This document shows, in pieces, positions 31,903 to 42,843 of a stretch of DNA of 64,000 nt (position 1 is its first letter; every line of letters starts with the position of its first letter). The stretch comes from a candidate division CPR2 bacterium GW2011_GWC2_39_10. Lineage in GTDB: Bacteria; Patescibacteriota; CPR2. Location of the stretch: the NCBI GenBank assembly GCA_000993275.1, contig LBVV01000009.1:2897-66896 (forward strand), in the 5' to 3' direction. The position numbers and the translations under genes are program-made. Under the pieces are notes generated by a model. That model was not told where the DNA came from and ran no database searches. It saw only the letters and a list, made by a program, of their open reading frames with translations.

Positions 31903-31931
31903 TTGACTATAAGGCATAATTTAGATATAAT
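31903..31931 (+). promoter_or_regulatory. Consensus sigma70 promoter upstream of the tRNA cluster
   Basis: TTGACT-17nt-TATAAT. Confidence 0.55.
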
Positions 31932-32019
31932 AGTACAGAATTTCGGCCTCTTTTTTTGTTTTTAAAAATGTGTCAATTGAGTTTTAATGGTAGGGGGCTG
32001 GTTGCATGGATAAAAAAAT

Positions 32020-32076
32020 GCCGATGTAGCGTTAGTGGCAGAGTCCGGCAACTGACGGATAAACAGTAGGTTGACC
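32020..32076 (+). pseudogene. Pseudo-tRNA: duplicated, degraded 5' half of tRNA-Thr(UGU)
   Basis: gccgatgtagcgttagtggcagag...aactg...aaacagtaggttg matches the 5' two-thirds of the downstream tRNA-Thr, then diverges; no T-arm or acceptor 3' strand. Confidence 0.5.
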
Positions 32077-32105
32077 GTAAGGCTAGGTAAGTGAGCAGGA
32101 AAAAT

Positions 32106-32180
32106 GCCGATGTAGCTCAATGGCAGAGCAACTGTTTTGTAAACAGTAGGTTGTGGGTTCGAATCCCTCCATCGGCTCCA
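32106..32180 (+). tRNA. tRNA-Thr (anticodon UGU), CCA encoded
   Basis: Cloverleaf built by hand: acceptor gccgatg/catcggc, D stem gctc/gagc, anticodon stem actgt/acagt with loop tttgtaa, T-loop ttcgaat. Confidence 0.8.
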
Positions 32181-32265
32181 TAAAAGTTATCAGGAATCAG
32201 TAACCAGGAAACATTAATAGGGATAGAAGATTGTTTACTGATTACTGTTTCCTGATTCCTGACAC

Positions 32266-32351
32266 GGGCAGGTACCCAAGTGGCCAACGGGGGCAGACTG
32301 TAAATCTGCTGGCATTCGCCTTCGAAGGTTCGAATCCTTCCCTGCCCACCA
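32266..32351 (+). tRNA. tRNA-Tyr (anticodon GUA), long variable arm, CCA encoded
   Basis: Acceptor gggcagg/cctgccc; anticodon loop ctgtaaa; T stem gaagg/ccttc. Confidence 0.85.
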
Positions 32352-32444
32352 ATAACAATAAACAATTAACAAGGAACAAAAAACAAAAGCACAGTTTTAC
32401 GGATAAAATGTTTTTTGTTGATTGCACTTTGTTTTTTGGCTCGG

Positions 32445-32520
32445 GCCCAGATAGCTCAGTTGGCAGAGCGCATCCATGGTAAGGATGAGGTCACGGGTTC
32501 GAATCCCGTTCTGGGCTCCA
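32445..32520 (+). tRNA. tRNA-Thr (anticodon GGU), CCA encoded
   Basis: Acceptor gcccaga/tctgggc; anticodon stem catcc/ggatg with loop atggtaa; T stem acggg/cccgt. Confidence 0.8.
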
Positions 32521-32617
32521 GATAACTTGCTAAGTTTTCAAACAATGTTACCTCAATAATTTGCCCTAGTAACTTGCAAACTTACCAATTAATAAACTAG
32601 AATAAAAGGAGAAATAA

Positions 32618-32782
32618 ATGGCAAAGAAAGAAAATCGGCCGGTAATTGCACTTGCTTGCGGTGAATGTAAAAACAGGAACTATTCAACTACAAAAAATAA
32701 GAAGAATACGACTGACAGGATAGAATTAAGCAAATTTTGTCCTTTTTGCCGAAAAACCACAGCTCACAAAGAAACGAAATAA
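32618..32782 (+). CDS. rpmG: 50S ribosomal protein L33
   Basis: [54 protein letters not shown]; C4 zinc ribbon; RBS aaaggag. Confidence 0.85.
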   Translation: MAKKENRPVIALACGECKNRNYSTTKNKKNTTDRIELSKFCPFCRKTTAHKETK

Positions 32783-32870
32783 AACTTTATATAGTTCGAT
32801 ATTTGACAAGTAAATGTTGATATTTTAGAATGGTTATGGGTGTAAATATAACTGTTGATTATTATTCAAA

Positions 32871-33533
32871 ATGAAAACTAATCTTAAATCAAAAGCCATA
32901 TCTTTGCGTAAGCAAGGCTTCTCTTTGAAAGAAATAAGTGAAGATTTAGGTATAGCAAAAAGTACGGCATCCTTGTGGTTAAGGGATACTGTTTTAAGCG
33001 CAAATGCTATAAAAAGGATTGAAAGTAGAATAACTAAAGGACAAATAAAAGCGGCTGAAATAAAGAGAGAAAAAACAAGAAAATTGTTAAATGAATTTCA
33101 AGCAAAAAGCGATGTGTTAGTTGGGCGAACTATATTAAATATTGATATGATAAAGATAATATGTTCATTGATTTATTGGTGTGAGGGGGGTAAATATAGC
33201 GATAATTTCGTACAATTTACCAATTCAGATCCCAGTCTTATGGGTACATTTCTGCAATTACTTAGGCAGGTATTTATGGTAGATGAAAAAAAATTTAGGG
33301 TTTGTATGCATCTTCATGACTATCATAATGAAAAAAAGCAAAGACAATTTTGGTCTATGGTAACAGAAGTTCCCGAGAGCCAGTTTATAAAGTCATACAA
33401 TAAGCCAAATACGGGAAAGAGAATTAGAAAAGGTTATCAAGGATGTGTGCAGTTGAGGTATTATGATGCGGTAGTATCGAGAGAATTATTAGCAATAGCT
33501 AAATCTTTCATGAATAAACTTGAAAACAAATAA
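32871..33533 (+). CDS. HTH-domain protein with a possible single-motif LAGLIDADG-like endonuclease core
   Basis: N-terminal HTH (LRKQGFSLKEISEDLGIAKSTASLWL); central LIYWCEGGKYSD resembles a LAGLIDADG (LAGxxDGDG) motif; stop is 1 nt before tRNA-Trp. Confidence 0.35.
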   Translation: MKTNLKSKAISLRKQGFSLKEISEDLGIAKSTASLWLRDTVLSANAIKRIESRITKGQIKAAEIKREKTRKLLNEFQAKSDVLVGRTILNIDMIKIICSLIYWCEGGKYSDNFVQFTNSDPSLMGTFLQLLRQVFMVDEKKFRVCMHLHDYHNEKKQRQFWSMVTEVPESQFIKSYNKPNTGKRIRKGYQGCVQLRYYDAVVSRELLAIAKSFMNKLENK

Positions 33534-33609
33534 AGGGGCGTTCGTTAATTGGATAAACGGCTACTCTCCAAAAGTAGTCCTGCCGGTTCGAGTCCGGCCG
33601 CCCCTGCCA
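33534..33609 (+). tRNA. tRNA-Trp (anticodon CCA), CCA encoded
   Basis: Acceptor aggggcg/cgcccct; anticodon loop ctccaaa; T stem gccgg/ccggc. Confidence 0.85.
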
Positions 33610-33691
33610 AAAGAATAAATTCACGATTAGCCGATAGCTTATGGCTAGTTATATAAAGAGAAGAAATAAATTTACTGATTGCCAATGACTT

Positions 33692-34012
33692 GTGGTCATA
33701 AATAAGAAAGCCAAAGAAAGATTTTTAGCTTCGCGCTTGACTAAACTGGACTTACGCAAAATGGCACATCTATCCAAGCCGAAAACAAGTGAGATAAAAT
33801 CTCTTTTCTCTACTGGAAGCGTATTTGTAGATACGCTGACAGGAGAAAAAGGGATTTTAGCCACTTGGGGTGGTTTGGGAGGTGTGGTAGGTTTGCGTAA
33901 GTTCAGTAAAGCCATTTTAGAGTTATTATTTATACCAAGGGGAATAAATATTATGATAAGAATAATTAAAAAATTGGTCGGAGAAAAGCTTAAGGAATAT
34001 TTTTTTGTGTAA
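33692..34012 (+). CDS. Hypothetical small protein
   Basis: ORF followed by a terminator; no similarity recognised. Confidence 0.25.
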   Translation: MVINKKAKERFLASRLTKLDLRKMAHLSKPKTSEIKSLFSTGSVFVDTLTGEKGILATWGGLGGVVGLRKFSKAILELLFIPRGINIMIRIIKKLVGEKLKEYFFV

Positions 34013-34042
34013 TAACATTTAATTATTGCCTAATGCATTTTC

Positions 34043-34066
34043 CGGCCGATAAGCCGGTTTTTTTAT
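34043..34066 (+). terminator. Rho-independent terminator
   Basis: ccggc-cgataag-gccgg plus ttttttt. Confidence 0.55.
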
Positions 34067-34092
34067 GAAAAATTTAAAGAAATACATTTTTA

Positions 34093-34866
34093 ATGCAAAG
34101 ACTTATGTTAATGGATGCTTTCGAATACAGAGCTTCTTATTGGTTTTGGGTATTTATTCAGACCTTGCCAATTATTGGCATTTATTTCTTGTGGAGTGCC
34201 ATTATTCCTGCCGGCGGTTCCTTAAAGGGCTATAATTACCAGGCAATTTTGACTTATTATATTGGCGTTACTATAGCGGTAAGAATAATTCAGTCCACCC
34301 CCGAATGGGACTTAAATTGGAGCATAAACGAAGGATATTTTACATATTATTTATATAGACCAATTAGTCCGTATTTAGAGATGCTATCGGTACGTATCGC
34401 CATGAAAATTTTTAATTTGATGTTATTTATTCCGGCGATATCGCTTATCATTTATTTGCTGGGTTCTAATATTGCCTTGCCCTCGCTGGCTAACCTTCTT
34501 TTATTTTTTGGTTTCTGTTTGATCAGTTTTGTCATAATGTTTACAATTTCTTTTACAGTTGGGCTTATTGCTTTTTGGTGGGAAAATGCGGCGGCCATAT
34601 TTTATTTTAAGAACGCCATTGTTGCCTTATTATCAGGCTATACTATTCCTTTCGAATTTTTTCCGGCAAAATTTCAAAATTTTTTAAACATCTTGCCCTT
34701 TAAATATGTTGCTTATTTTCCGGCAAAAATATTTCAAGGACAGCTTTCTTTAGGCGAGATTGGTAAAGGAGCTTTGCTAGCCTTGCTCTGGATGTTAATT
34801 TTACTGACAATCATGCGTTTTATCTATCTTAAAGGCTTAAGAAGGTATTCGGCGGTGGGAGGATAA
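34093..34866 (+). CDS. ABC-2 family transporter permease
   Basis: 6 predicted TM helices; adjacent paralog and ATPase. Confidence 0.6.
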   Translation: MQRLMLMDAFEYRASYWFWVFIQTLPIIGIYFLWSAIIPAGGSLKGYNYQAILTYYIGVTIAVRIIQSTPEWDLNWSINEGYFTYYLYRPISPYLEMLSVRIAMKIFNLMLFIPAISLIIYLLGSNIALPSLANLLLFFGFCLISFVIMFTISFTVGLIAFWWENAAAIFYFKNAIVALLSGYTIPFEFFPAKFQNFLNILPFKYVAYFPAKIFQGQLSLGEIGKGALLALLWMLILLTIMRFIYLKGLRRYSAVGG

Positions 34867-34867
34867 A

Positions 34868-35656
34868 ATGAAAAGACATTTAAAATTAATTTTGTTATTT
34901 ATGAAGCTTTCCTTGATGAAGGAAATGATCTATAAAAAAACCTTTGTTTGGTCTTTTATTACCATAACGGCTTGGTGGCTCGTGCAGCTTACCATGGTTA
35001 ATTTAATATATTATAACGTGAAGGCGATTGCAGGTTGGAATTTTGGCGAGATGCTGGTGCTGCTTGGTACTTTTAATATTGTTGATTCATTGATTTTTGC
35101 TTTTTTCGTTAATAATATGGGCAAAATTGCTGATTATATTAGAAAGGGCGACTTAGACTTCTTCTTGATAAAACCTATTAGCAGTCAATTTTATGTAACT
35201 TTTAAGCTTTTTAGCTTTAACGAATTATATGAAGTTTTTCTGGGTATGTTCCTTGTATTTTTTGGTTTAGGAAAAATTAGTTATAATATCCCTCTAATAA
35301 ATTGGTCAGTTTTTATAATTATGATTTTTTCGGCCATTGCTATTTCTTATGCGTTATGGCTTATTACTTCCTGTTTCGCTTTTATTTCGCCTCGTATCAG
35401 CGAAATTCATGAGGCATTCATTTCGATTTCCCAGTTTTCGAAATATCCGGTTGGAATATATAACAAATTTTTTAACCGGTTGCTTGTTTGGTTTTTCCCA
35501 GTTCTATTTATGGCCGCCATACCTGCTGGAGTGTTGCTAGGCAAATATAGTTTTATTTATGCCGCTTTTTCCATTATTCTAGCCGTTATGTTCATTCTTA
35601 TTTCGACAAAAATTTGGAATTTTTCTTTAAAATATTATCAGAGTGCATCTAGTTAA
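34868..35656 (+). CDS. ABC-2 family transporter permease
   Basis: Multi-TM; operon with ABC ATPase. Confidence 0.6.
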   Translation: MKRHLKLILLFMKLSLMKEMIYKKTFVWSFITITAWWLVQLTMVNLIYYNVKAIAGWNFGEMLVLLGTFNIVDSLIFAFFVNNMGKIADYIRKGDLDFFLIKPISSQFYVTFKLFSFNELYEVFLGMFLVFFGLGKISYNIPLINWSVFIIMIFSAIAISYALWLITSCFAFISPRISEIHEAFISISQFSKYPVGIYNKFFNRLLVWFFPVLFMAAIPAGVLLGKYSFIYAAFSIILAVMFILISTKIWNFSLKYYQSASS

Positions 35657-35665
35657 AGGAGTTTT

Positions 35666-36642
35666 ATGGCAATTATAGAAGTGAAAAATTTAGTAAAAAA
35701 TTTTCCTTATCACGAAAAAAGGCGGGTCTTAAAGATTCGGTTAAGAATTTATTTGTTAGGGAAAGACTAATCAAAGAAGCGGTTAACGGTATTTCTTTTG
35801 AGATTGACGAAGGAGAGATGGTGGGTTTTATTGGTCCAAACGGTGCCGGCAAAACAACCACTTTAAAGATACTTTCCGGAATTATGTATCCGACGTCCGG
35901 CAAAGTTAGGGTAGATGGATTTATCCCATGGGAAAGAAAAAAAGAATATCAGAGGCAGATATCAATTGTAATGGGACAGAAAGCTCAGCTTTGGTGGGAT
36001 TTGCCGCCGATGGATTCCTTTATTCTAATTAAAGAAATTTATCAGATACCCAAAAAACAGTTTGAAGAAAAGGTAGGCGCTCTAATTGATCTATTAGATA
36101 TTAAAGAGCAACTCGCAACTCAGGTTAGAAAATTATCCTTAGGTCAAAGAATGAAATGTGAAATAATTGCGGCCTTGCTTTATGGTCCAAGAATTTTATA
36201 TCTGGACGAACCAACTATCGGAGTTGATCTTGTAACTCAGGAAAAAATCAGAAATTTCTTAAAAGATCATAACGATAGGGAAAAAACTACCATCATTTTA
36301 ACTTCTCATTATATGCAGGACATAGAAAGAGTTTGCGACAGGGTAATATTTATCGATCGCGGTAAAATAATTTTTGATGGCCAAATTTCTACTTTGTATG
36401 ATAAATATGCCAAAGAAAAAAATTTAGAACTTTTGTTTAAGAAGCAAGTTGCCGCGAAAGACCTCGAAGTTTATGGCCAACTTACAAAATTGGAAGGCAA
36501 AAAAGCCATAATTAAGGTTGAAAGAAATAAAAGCCCCGAGATAGCCGGCAAAATTTTAAGTAAGTTACCGGTAGAAGATATTTTAATAACGGAACCGGAT
36601 TTAGAAGAAATTATCCAGAGATTTTACGGCACTTCTTCTTGA
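35666..36642 (+). CDS. ABC transporter ATP-binding protein, interrupted by a 1-nt frameshift in an A6 run (35715-35720)
   Basis: ATG 35666 frame gives MAIIEVKNLVKNFPYHE then a stop at 35768; the second frame from 35716 continues KKAGLKDSV...GPNGAGKTT (Walker A), LSLGQRMK signature, Walker B ILYLDEPT; one extra A restores a single ORF. Confidence 0.8.
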
Positions 36643-36673
36643 ATGGTTTGCTGATTAGTCTTATGCTTAATAT

Positions 36674-37159
36674 ATGAAAAAAATATTTCCGATATTTTTA
36701 GTGAGTTTAGGTGCTGTTTTTTTGTTTTTTCATTGGCAAGATCAAAAAAACATGACCTTAAAAGTCATCAATAATTACCCTTACTATGAAAAAACTGCAT
36801 TTGATATGGCCAGGTTAAATTATGAGGATCATTTTTTAAAGTTAAAAAAGATTGTTATCTCTTTTGGAGGTCCGGGCGATCCCATAGCATATTATGTATA
36901 TAGCTCCAAATATTCGCCAAAAGCTTATATAGCGGTGCATTTAAAAAACGGCAATCAGGCCGTACCCGAAGAAAAAATTAAGAATTATATTGAACAAAAT
37001 GTTTTAAAAGGAGATGATTTATCAAGTGCGGATTTTGTTGAATTTACAAAAAACAACCTAGGAAAAAAAACTTATCTAACGGAAATTGAGAAACAAAATT
37101 CTCAAATAAAATTTAAGGCTTGCAATATAGGCAAAAATGGTAGTATCATATGCGCATAA
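36674..37159 (+). CDS. Hypothetical secreted protein
   Basis: Signal peptide MKKIFPIFLVSLGAVFLFF. Confidence 0.4.
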   Translation: MKKIFPIFLVSLGAVFLFFHWQDQKNMTLKVINNYPYYEKTAFDMARLNYEDHFLKLKKIVISFGGPGDPIAYYVYSSKYSPKAYIAVHLKNGNQAVPEEKIKNYIEQNVLKGDDLSSADFVEFTKNNLGKKTYLTEIEKQNSQIKFKACNIGKNGSIICA

Positions 37160-37262
37160 AGTCTATTTTGAATTGACAATTGTGGATAAAGTACCTATAG
37201 TACATTTAGGTTAATATCGGCTTCTAATTTTAGAATGCGAAAGTATAAAAGAGGAGTATTAA

Positions 37263-38201
37263 ATGAGAAAAAAGGTTTTCAAGCTTGTGGTTGGGATTTT
37301 TGCATTAGCGGCAATACTGGCAATGCCCAAACACATTTATGCGGAGGGTGATACGGGGGGAGCGCGTGGAATAACCATAGTCCCTTTAAATTTCGAGTTG
37401 TTTGCTAATCCGGGAGAAAGTATTACCGACAAGGTTAGAGTTACCAACACATCCGATGTCGAAGGTAGTTATCAAATTCTAATCCAAGATTTTGCGGCTA
37501 CGGGCGAAGAAGGCAATGTATCTTTATTTGAGGATGATCAAACTAACCACAGCTTTTCTTTGGCTAAGTGGATTCAGCCGGAGCCCAAAAATTTTACCCT
37601 GAAAGCAAAAGAAGAGAAAACCATATATTTTACTATAAATGTACCCAAAGATGCTGAACCGGGCGGCCACTATGCATCTGTTTTGGTTAATATGGGCGGT
37701 GATGTAAAGCCAAGCGGCGGTGCGTCAGTTGCTTCCAGAATTGGATCTCTCATTCTTCTAAGAGTTTCCGGCAATATCAGAGAAGAAGCTAATATAGAGT
37801 CCTTTACCGCACCGAGTTATTCCGAAAAGAGTCCAATCGAATTTGATTTAAGAGTAAAAAATACCGGCAATAATCACATCAGACCAAAAGGCACCATTGT
37901 TATCACAAATATTTTAGGCCAAAAAGTTACCGAAGTTCCCTTGGACGGTTTAAATGTTTTGCCGAATGCTATTAGAAAAATACCAACCACTTGGAAACCG
38001 AATCAAATGTTGGCAGGACGTTACACGGCAACTCTGGTAGCTAACTATGGTTCATCAAACAAGCAATTAACATCGACAGTATCATTTATAGTTTTTCCTA
38101 AATGGCTTGCATTAGTTGTTGGTACAGGTATTATTTTGCTTGCTGTTGTTATATCAAACAAGAAAGCAGTTAAAAAATTACTGCATAAGTTAACTAAATA
38201 A
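37263..38201 (+). CDS. Cell-surface protein with DUF916/DUF3324-like architecture (signal peptide, beta-rich domain, C-terminal TM anchor with Lys tail)
   Basis: Signal peptide, PGGHYASVLVNMGG motif, C-terminal WLALVVGTGIILLAVVISNKKAVKK; ~55% identical to the paralog at 56191-57129. Confidence 0.45.
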   Translation: MRKKVFKLVVGIFALAAILAMPKHIYAEGDTGGARGITIVPLNFELFANPGESITDKVRVTNTSDVEGSYQILIQDFAATGEEGNVSLFEDDQTNHSFSLAKWIQPEPKNFTLKAKEEKTIYFTINVPKDAEPGGHYASVLVNMGGDVKPSGGASVASRIGSLILLRVSGNIREEANIESFTAPSYSEKSPIEFDLRVKNTGNNHIRPKGTIVITNILGQKVTEVPLDGLNVLPNAIRKIPTTWKPNQMLAGRYTATLVANYGSSNKQLTSTVSFIVFPKWLALVVGTGIILLAVVISNKKAVKKLLHKLTK

Positions 38202-38262
38202 TAACTTACTTGAGCTTTTGTTAACAAAGCTCTTAGGGGGTGGCAAGAGTTTGGGTTTGGGT

Positions 38263-39498
38263 ATGAGAAAACTTACAAAGAATATAATAGTTGGTGTCAC
38301 CCTGTTTATTGCCTTCTTTGTCTTTTCGGCTGACAAGGCAAGCGCTGCGGTTCAGGGGCTAAATTTCCCAAGAGATACAATTAACACGGGTAATCCCGAA
38401 GCATACGCCCAGCATTTAATTAAATTCGGACTGCCTTTAGAATCTCTACAGGTAAGTGCCGGCGACTATATTTTAATAGATTTTCCATTTTATTCATCGC
38501 TGACCGAGCCAACTTTTTTGAGTGGTTCTTTTACGGGGAATCCGGTTTTTAGCGTGATTGATAAGAGAATTAGAATTACCGGCATAGAACTGTTGCCGGG
38601 TAAAACGTTGCAAATTAATGGTATTAATGCCTATAATCCGGCCAATAGGGACGAATATGACGTTTATATTCGTATTTCTTCTGATCCGGACGGAATAGTT
38701 ACTAGAAATATGGCCCAGATCATAGCCACGCCGACCGATAATTCGGTCTCAGTTTCAGCCACAATAATGGCCAATGTTGGAACTCTAAAAGTAACAGGCT
38801 ATGCCGCTCCGGGACTTTTTTTGACATTTTCGGAAAACGGTACCATTATCGGCACCACTACCGGCACGCCCACCGGAACATTTTCTCAAATCTTTCCCGG
38901 CATTAATCCGGTTCAGCACACCATTATTATATTTGGTACGGATTCCGTAAATAGAACCACATCTCCCGTGACGATAGAGGCATTCACCAGGGTTAGGGAA
39001 TTGACCATAGTATCCGGCGTATTAATGCCGCCAACCATGTCTATTGATAAAGATCAAATTACTCAAGGGGAGTCCTTAACTATCTCAGGGATGGGCGTAC
39101 CTGGTCACATGATTATTATTTATACTCAACCGGCTCCCGATGAAAGCTATCAGACTGCGCCGGAATTGGATGGGGCTTGGTCTCATACTATTACCGATAC
39201 ATCCAGTTTCGAGATTGGCGTTCATTCGGTTTGGGCGATTGATCAAGATATTTTTGGAGGGCAAAGCTTGTATAGCCGTACTTTGGATTTTAGAGTGACG
39301 CAGGCCTTGCCACCAAACCCCGGTCCTCCTTGCGATATAGAAAAAGGCGATTTATCCTGTGACTTGCTTGTTAATATCGTAGATTTTTCGATTCTTTTAT
39401 ATTATTGGGGCACCAATAACGGTGTTGCCGATATCAATGCTGATGGCAGCGTCAATCTCATCGATTTCTCTGTCATGATGTTCTATTGGCAAGGATAA
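38263..39498 (+). CDS. Secreted Ig-like protein with a C-terminal type-I dockerin module
   Basis: Signal peptide; C-terminal duplicated Ca-binding loops DLSCDLLVNIVDFSILLYYW and DINADGSVNLIDFSVMMFYW (DxNxDGxVNxxD); ORF from 38218, ATG 38263 preferred. Confidence 0.65.
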   Translation: MRKLTKNIIVGVTLFIAFFVFSADKASAAVQGLNFPRDTINTGNPEAYAQHLIKFGLPLESLQVSAGDYILIDFPFYSSLTEPTFLSGSFTGNPVFSVIDKRIRITGIELLPGKTLQINGINAYNPANRDEYDVYIRISSDPDGIVTRNMAQIIATPTDNSVSVSATIMANVGTLKVTGYAAPGLFLTFSENGTIIGTTTGTPTGTFSQIFPGINPVQHTIIIFGTDSVNRTTSPVTIEAFTRVRELTIVSGVLMPPTMSIDKDQITQGESLTISGMGVPGHMIIIYTQPAPDESYQTAPELDGAWSHTITDTSSFEIGVHSVWAIDQDIFGGQSLYSRTLDFRVTQALPPNPGPPCDIEKGDLSCDLLVNIVDFSILLYYWGTNNGVADINADGSVNLIDFSVMMFYWQG

Positions 39499-39656
39499 AG
39501 ACCGCTAACGCGGAATATCAAATTAAAAATGTCAAATGTCTAATGAAATTCTAATGATTAAATTCCGAAAATTAAGATTTAAGATTTTGACATTCATTTG
39601 TAATTGACATTTGACATTAAGATCTTCATATCTTCCAAATTTCACAAATTCGTTAT

Positions 39657-39769
39657 GTCATTCCAAACTCGACTACAGAATCTAGGAAGAATGGATTCCT
39701 GGTCAAGCCTGCCTCGCTTTGCTCATCAAGGCGGGCCAGGAATGACAAGTTGGGATTGTGAGCAGTTAC
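39657..39769. repeat. Partial MITE copy ending in the right TIR gattgtgagcagttac
   Basis: gtcattcc...ggccaggaatgacaag palindromic body plus the same 16-bp TIR as 22433-22448. Confidence 0.55.
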
Positions 39770-40796
39770 AGTTATGTCTCTTGACTAAAATCGTTTGCTT
39801 GTGATCTTTAAGTTTGTTAAAATTGATGCTAGAGAGCGCAAAGGATGAAAAAACATTTTATTCACACAAAAAAAGCATTTGCGGTTATTTTAACTATATT
39901 CTTATTTTTATCCCTATTTTTCTTTGATGTTTCTAAAGTGACAGCGGCAGATCCGCCTTATTTTGTGTATCTTACTAATTTTAGCGTAGATGCAAAAATC
40001 GTCGGGCAGCCTTTTAATCTACAGATTCAAGCCTGGGATCCTAATAATATGGGCAACAATCCTATTCAGACAATGAATGGAACAATTTCGCTTCAAAACT
40101 CCACTTCTTCTATTTCTCCAAGCCAGGTTACTATGTCGGGGGGGGAGTGGATAGGACAGGTAACTATTACCAAATCTACGACAAGTGAAGTTATAACGGC
40201 CATGGCTACCGGTTTTGTGTCTTCATCTTCGCCGCAGTTTACTGTTTTGCCTGATAGTAGACAGGTAATACTGGGTGTTTATGGAGGGAATGTCCAATCT
40301 AAAACAGTAACGAACAGACTGGATAACTCTTTGCAAGTTAGAGCTATGGATAAATATGGTAATGCTATATCAAATGCCGGTATTTTATTTAAAAGCGTTG
40401 GTTTTCCGCCGGGTGCTAGCGGATATTCATTATCCTCCGGCAGCGTTTTGACGGATATAAATGGCATTGCTTCGACCCAATTTACTTTGGGCAACAAAAT
40501 AGGTACGTATATGGTTCAGGCCACTATTATTTCTGGCCTTTCGCCGCCGGTTACTTTTTATTCGAATGCAACAGCAGATGTCTTAAACAATCTTTTTATC
40601 TCACCAATTATTGCGGTTATACCCAAGGGAGCCCAACAGGTTTTTCAAACTACCGGAACCGATCGGCATGGCAATCCTGTTTCTGTTTCCGGAGTTGCGT
40701 GGTCGGTAGAAAGAGGCGGCGGTACCATTGATCAAAACGGTGTCCTGATCGAGGTCTTTTATCGCGATCTGCCGGGAAGCGACAAGGAGTTCCTCC

Positions 40797-41758
<962 letters not shown>

Positions 41759-41767
41759 GAGGGTATT

Positions 41768-42304
41768 TTGGCTGATTGGTTAATAAATATATTTATCACA
41801 TCCGTGTGTTTATTCACTTTGGGCTTATATTTTACTTACAGGGAAAGAGAACTGGAAGCAATTGCCAAAAGTAAGCTTGATGAAACTAAAGAAAAATACT
41901 TGGATCAAATTGCCAAAAGAAAAGCCAGGGAAAGAGAAGAAATAAGTAAATTACAAGCTATTGTTGCAGAAATTGAAAAGAAACATCAGGAAGTGGAAGT
42001 GGCGAGGCAAAATATTGGGCAAGGATCCGAGAGGGGTGCCGGTCAAAATGTATCCAATGTATCCACGGAAGAAGCTGAAAAAATTCTTGAAAGCGCAAGG
42101 GAAAGAGCAGCGGAAATTGAAGAAGAGGCGAAGAAAAAAGCTGACGAGTTTTTAGACAAACAAAAGAAGGAAGTTCAAACGAAAATGGTTGATTTGGTAA
42201 TGGGCGTAGTCAAAAAAGTTATTGGCCAGTTAGTAAGCTATGAGGATCACAAGAAAATAATTAAATCGGCGTTGGATGATATGGAGGGGGAGGGCAAGCG
42301 TTAG
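41768..42304 (+). CDS. atpF: ATP synthase subunit b
   Basis: Single N-terminal TM then a long charged coiled coil. Confidence 0.6.
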   Translation: MADWLINIFITSVCLFTLGLYFTYRERELEAIAKSKLDETKEKYLDQIAKRKAREREEISKLQAIVAEIEKKHQEVEVARQNIGQGSERGAGQNVSNVSTEEAEKILESARERAAEIEEEAKKKADEFLDKQKKEVQTKMVDLVMGVVKKVIGQLVSYEDHKKIIKSALDDMEGEGKR

Positions 42305-42843
42305 TGAAAACCATAAAGGATCATATAGATACAATCCTAGGTTCCATACATTCCAAGAAGGATTTGGATGAGGCGGTTTTTTGTGTGTGTTCTTTCGCCG
42401 AGCTTGTAGATTATAAGTCGGTTGGCGGCGACCAAAGCCAGAAAAGAAAACTCTTAATTGCCTCGGAAGTTAAAAATATCCAATCTGTTATTATCGGGGA
42501 TTATTTTACTAAACTTGTGAAGGCAAACCAAATGTGGCTTTTCGAGCCGTCACATTTTGCCGATTTTAATACGGCACTAAGTAGCATGGCATCTGAAACG
42601 TCAGCTATCGACTTAAAAGTAGCCATCGATTTAAAAGAAAGTGATATCCGGGAAATTGCCGATTATTTTTCCGCGAAGCAGCAGCATAAAGTCATCTTAA
42701 ATATTTCAGTTGATAAGTCGCTAATTGGCGGCGCCATAATAAAAAAGGATAATTACATAATGGACTTTTCCTTAAAAAATAAGCTTTCTACCTTAAGCGC
42801 TCAATGGAAAAAGTCTATTAAATTAAGTAAAGCCGATGAGTAA
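42304..42843 (+). CDS. atpH: ATP synthase subunit delta (OSCP)
   Basis: C-terminal LIGGAIIKKDNYIMDFSLKNKL OSCP signature. Confidence 0.65.
   Translation: MKTIKDHIDTILGSIHSKKDLDEAVFCVCSFAELVDYKSVGGDQSQKRKLLIASEVKNIQSVIIGDYFTKLVKANQMWLFEPSHFADFNTALSSMASETSAIDLKVAIDLKESDIREIADYFSAKQQHKVILNISVDKSLIGGAIIKKDNYIMDFSLKNKLSTLSAQWKKSIKLSKADE

Noticed and set aside
21600-39800. Possible CRISPR array formed by the palindromic hairpin repeats
   Set aside because: The repeats are dispersed singly with irregular spacing, there is no repeat-spacer periodicity and no cas genes.
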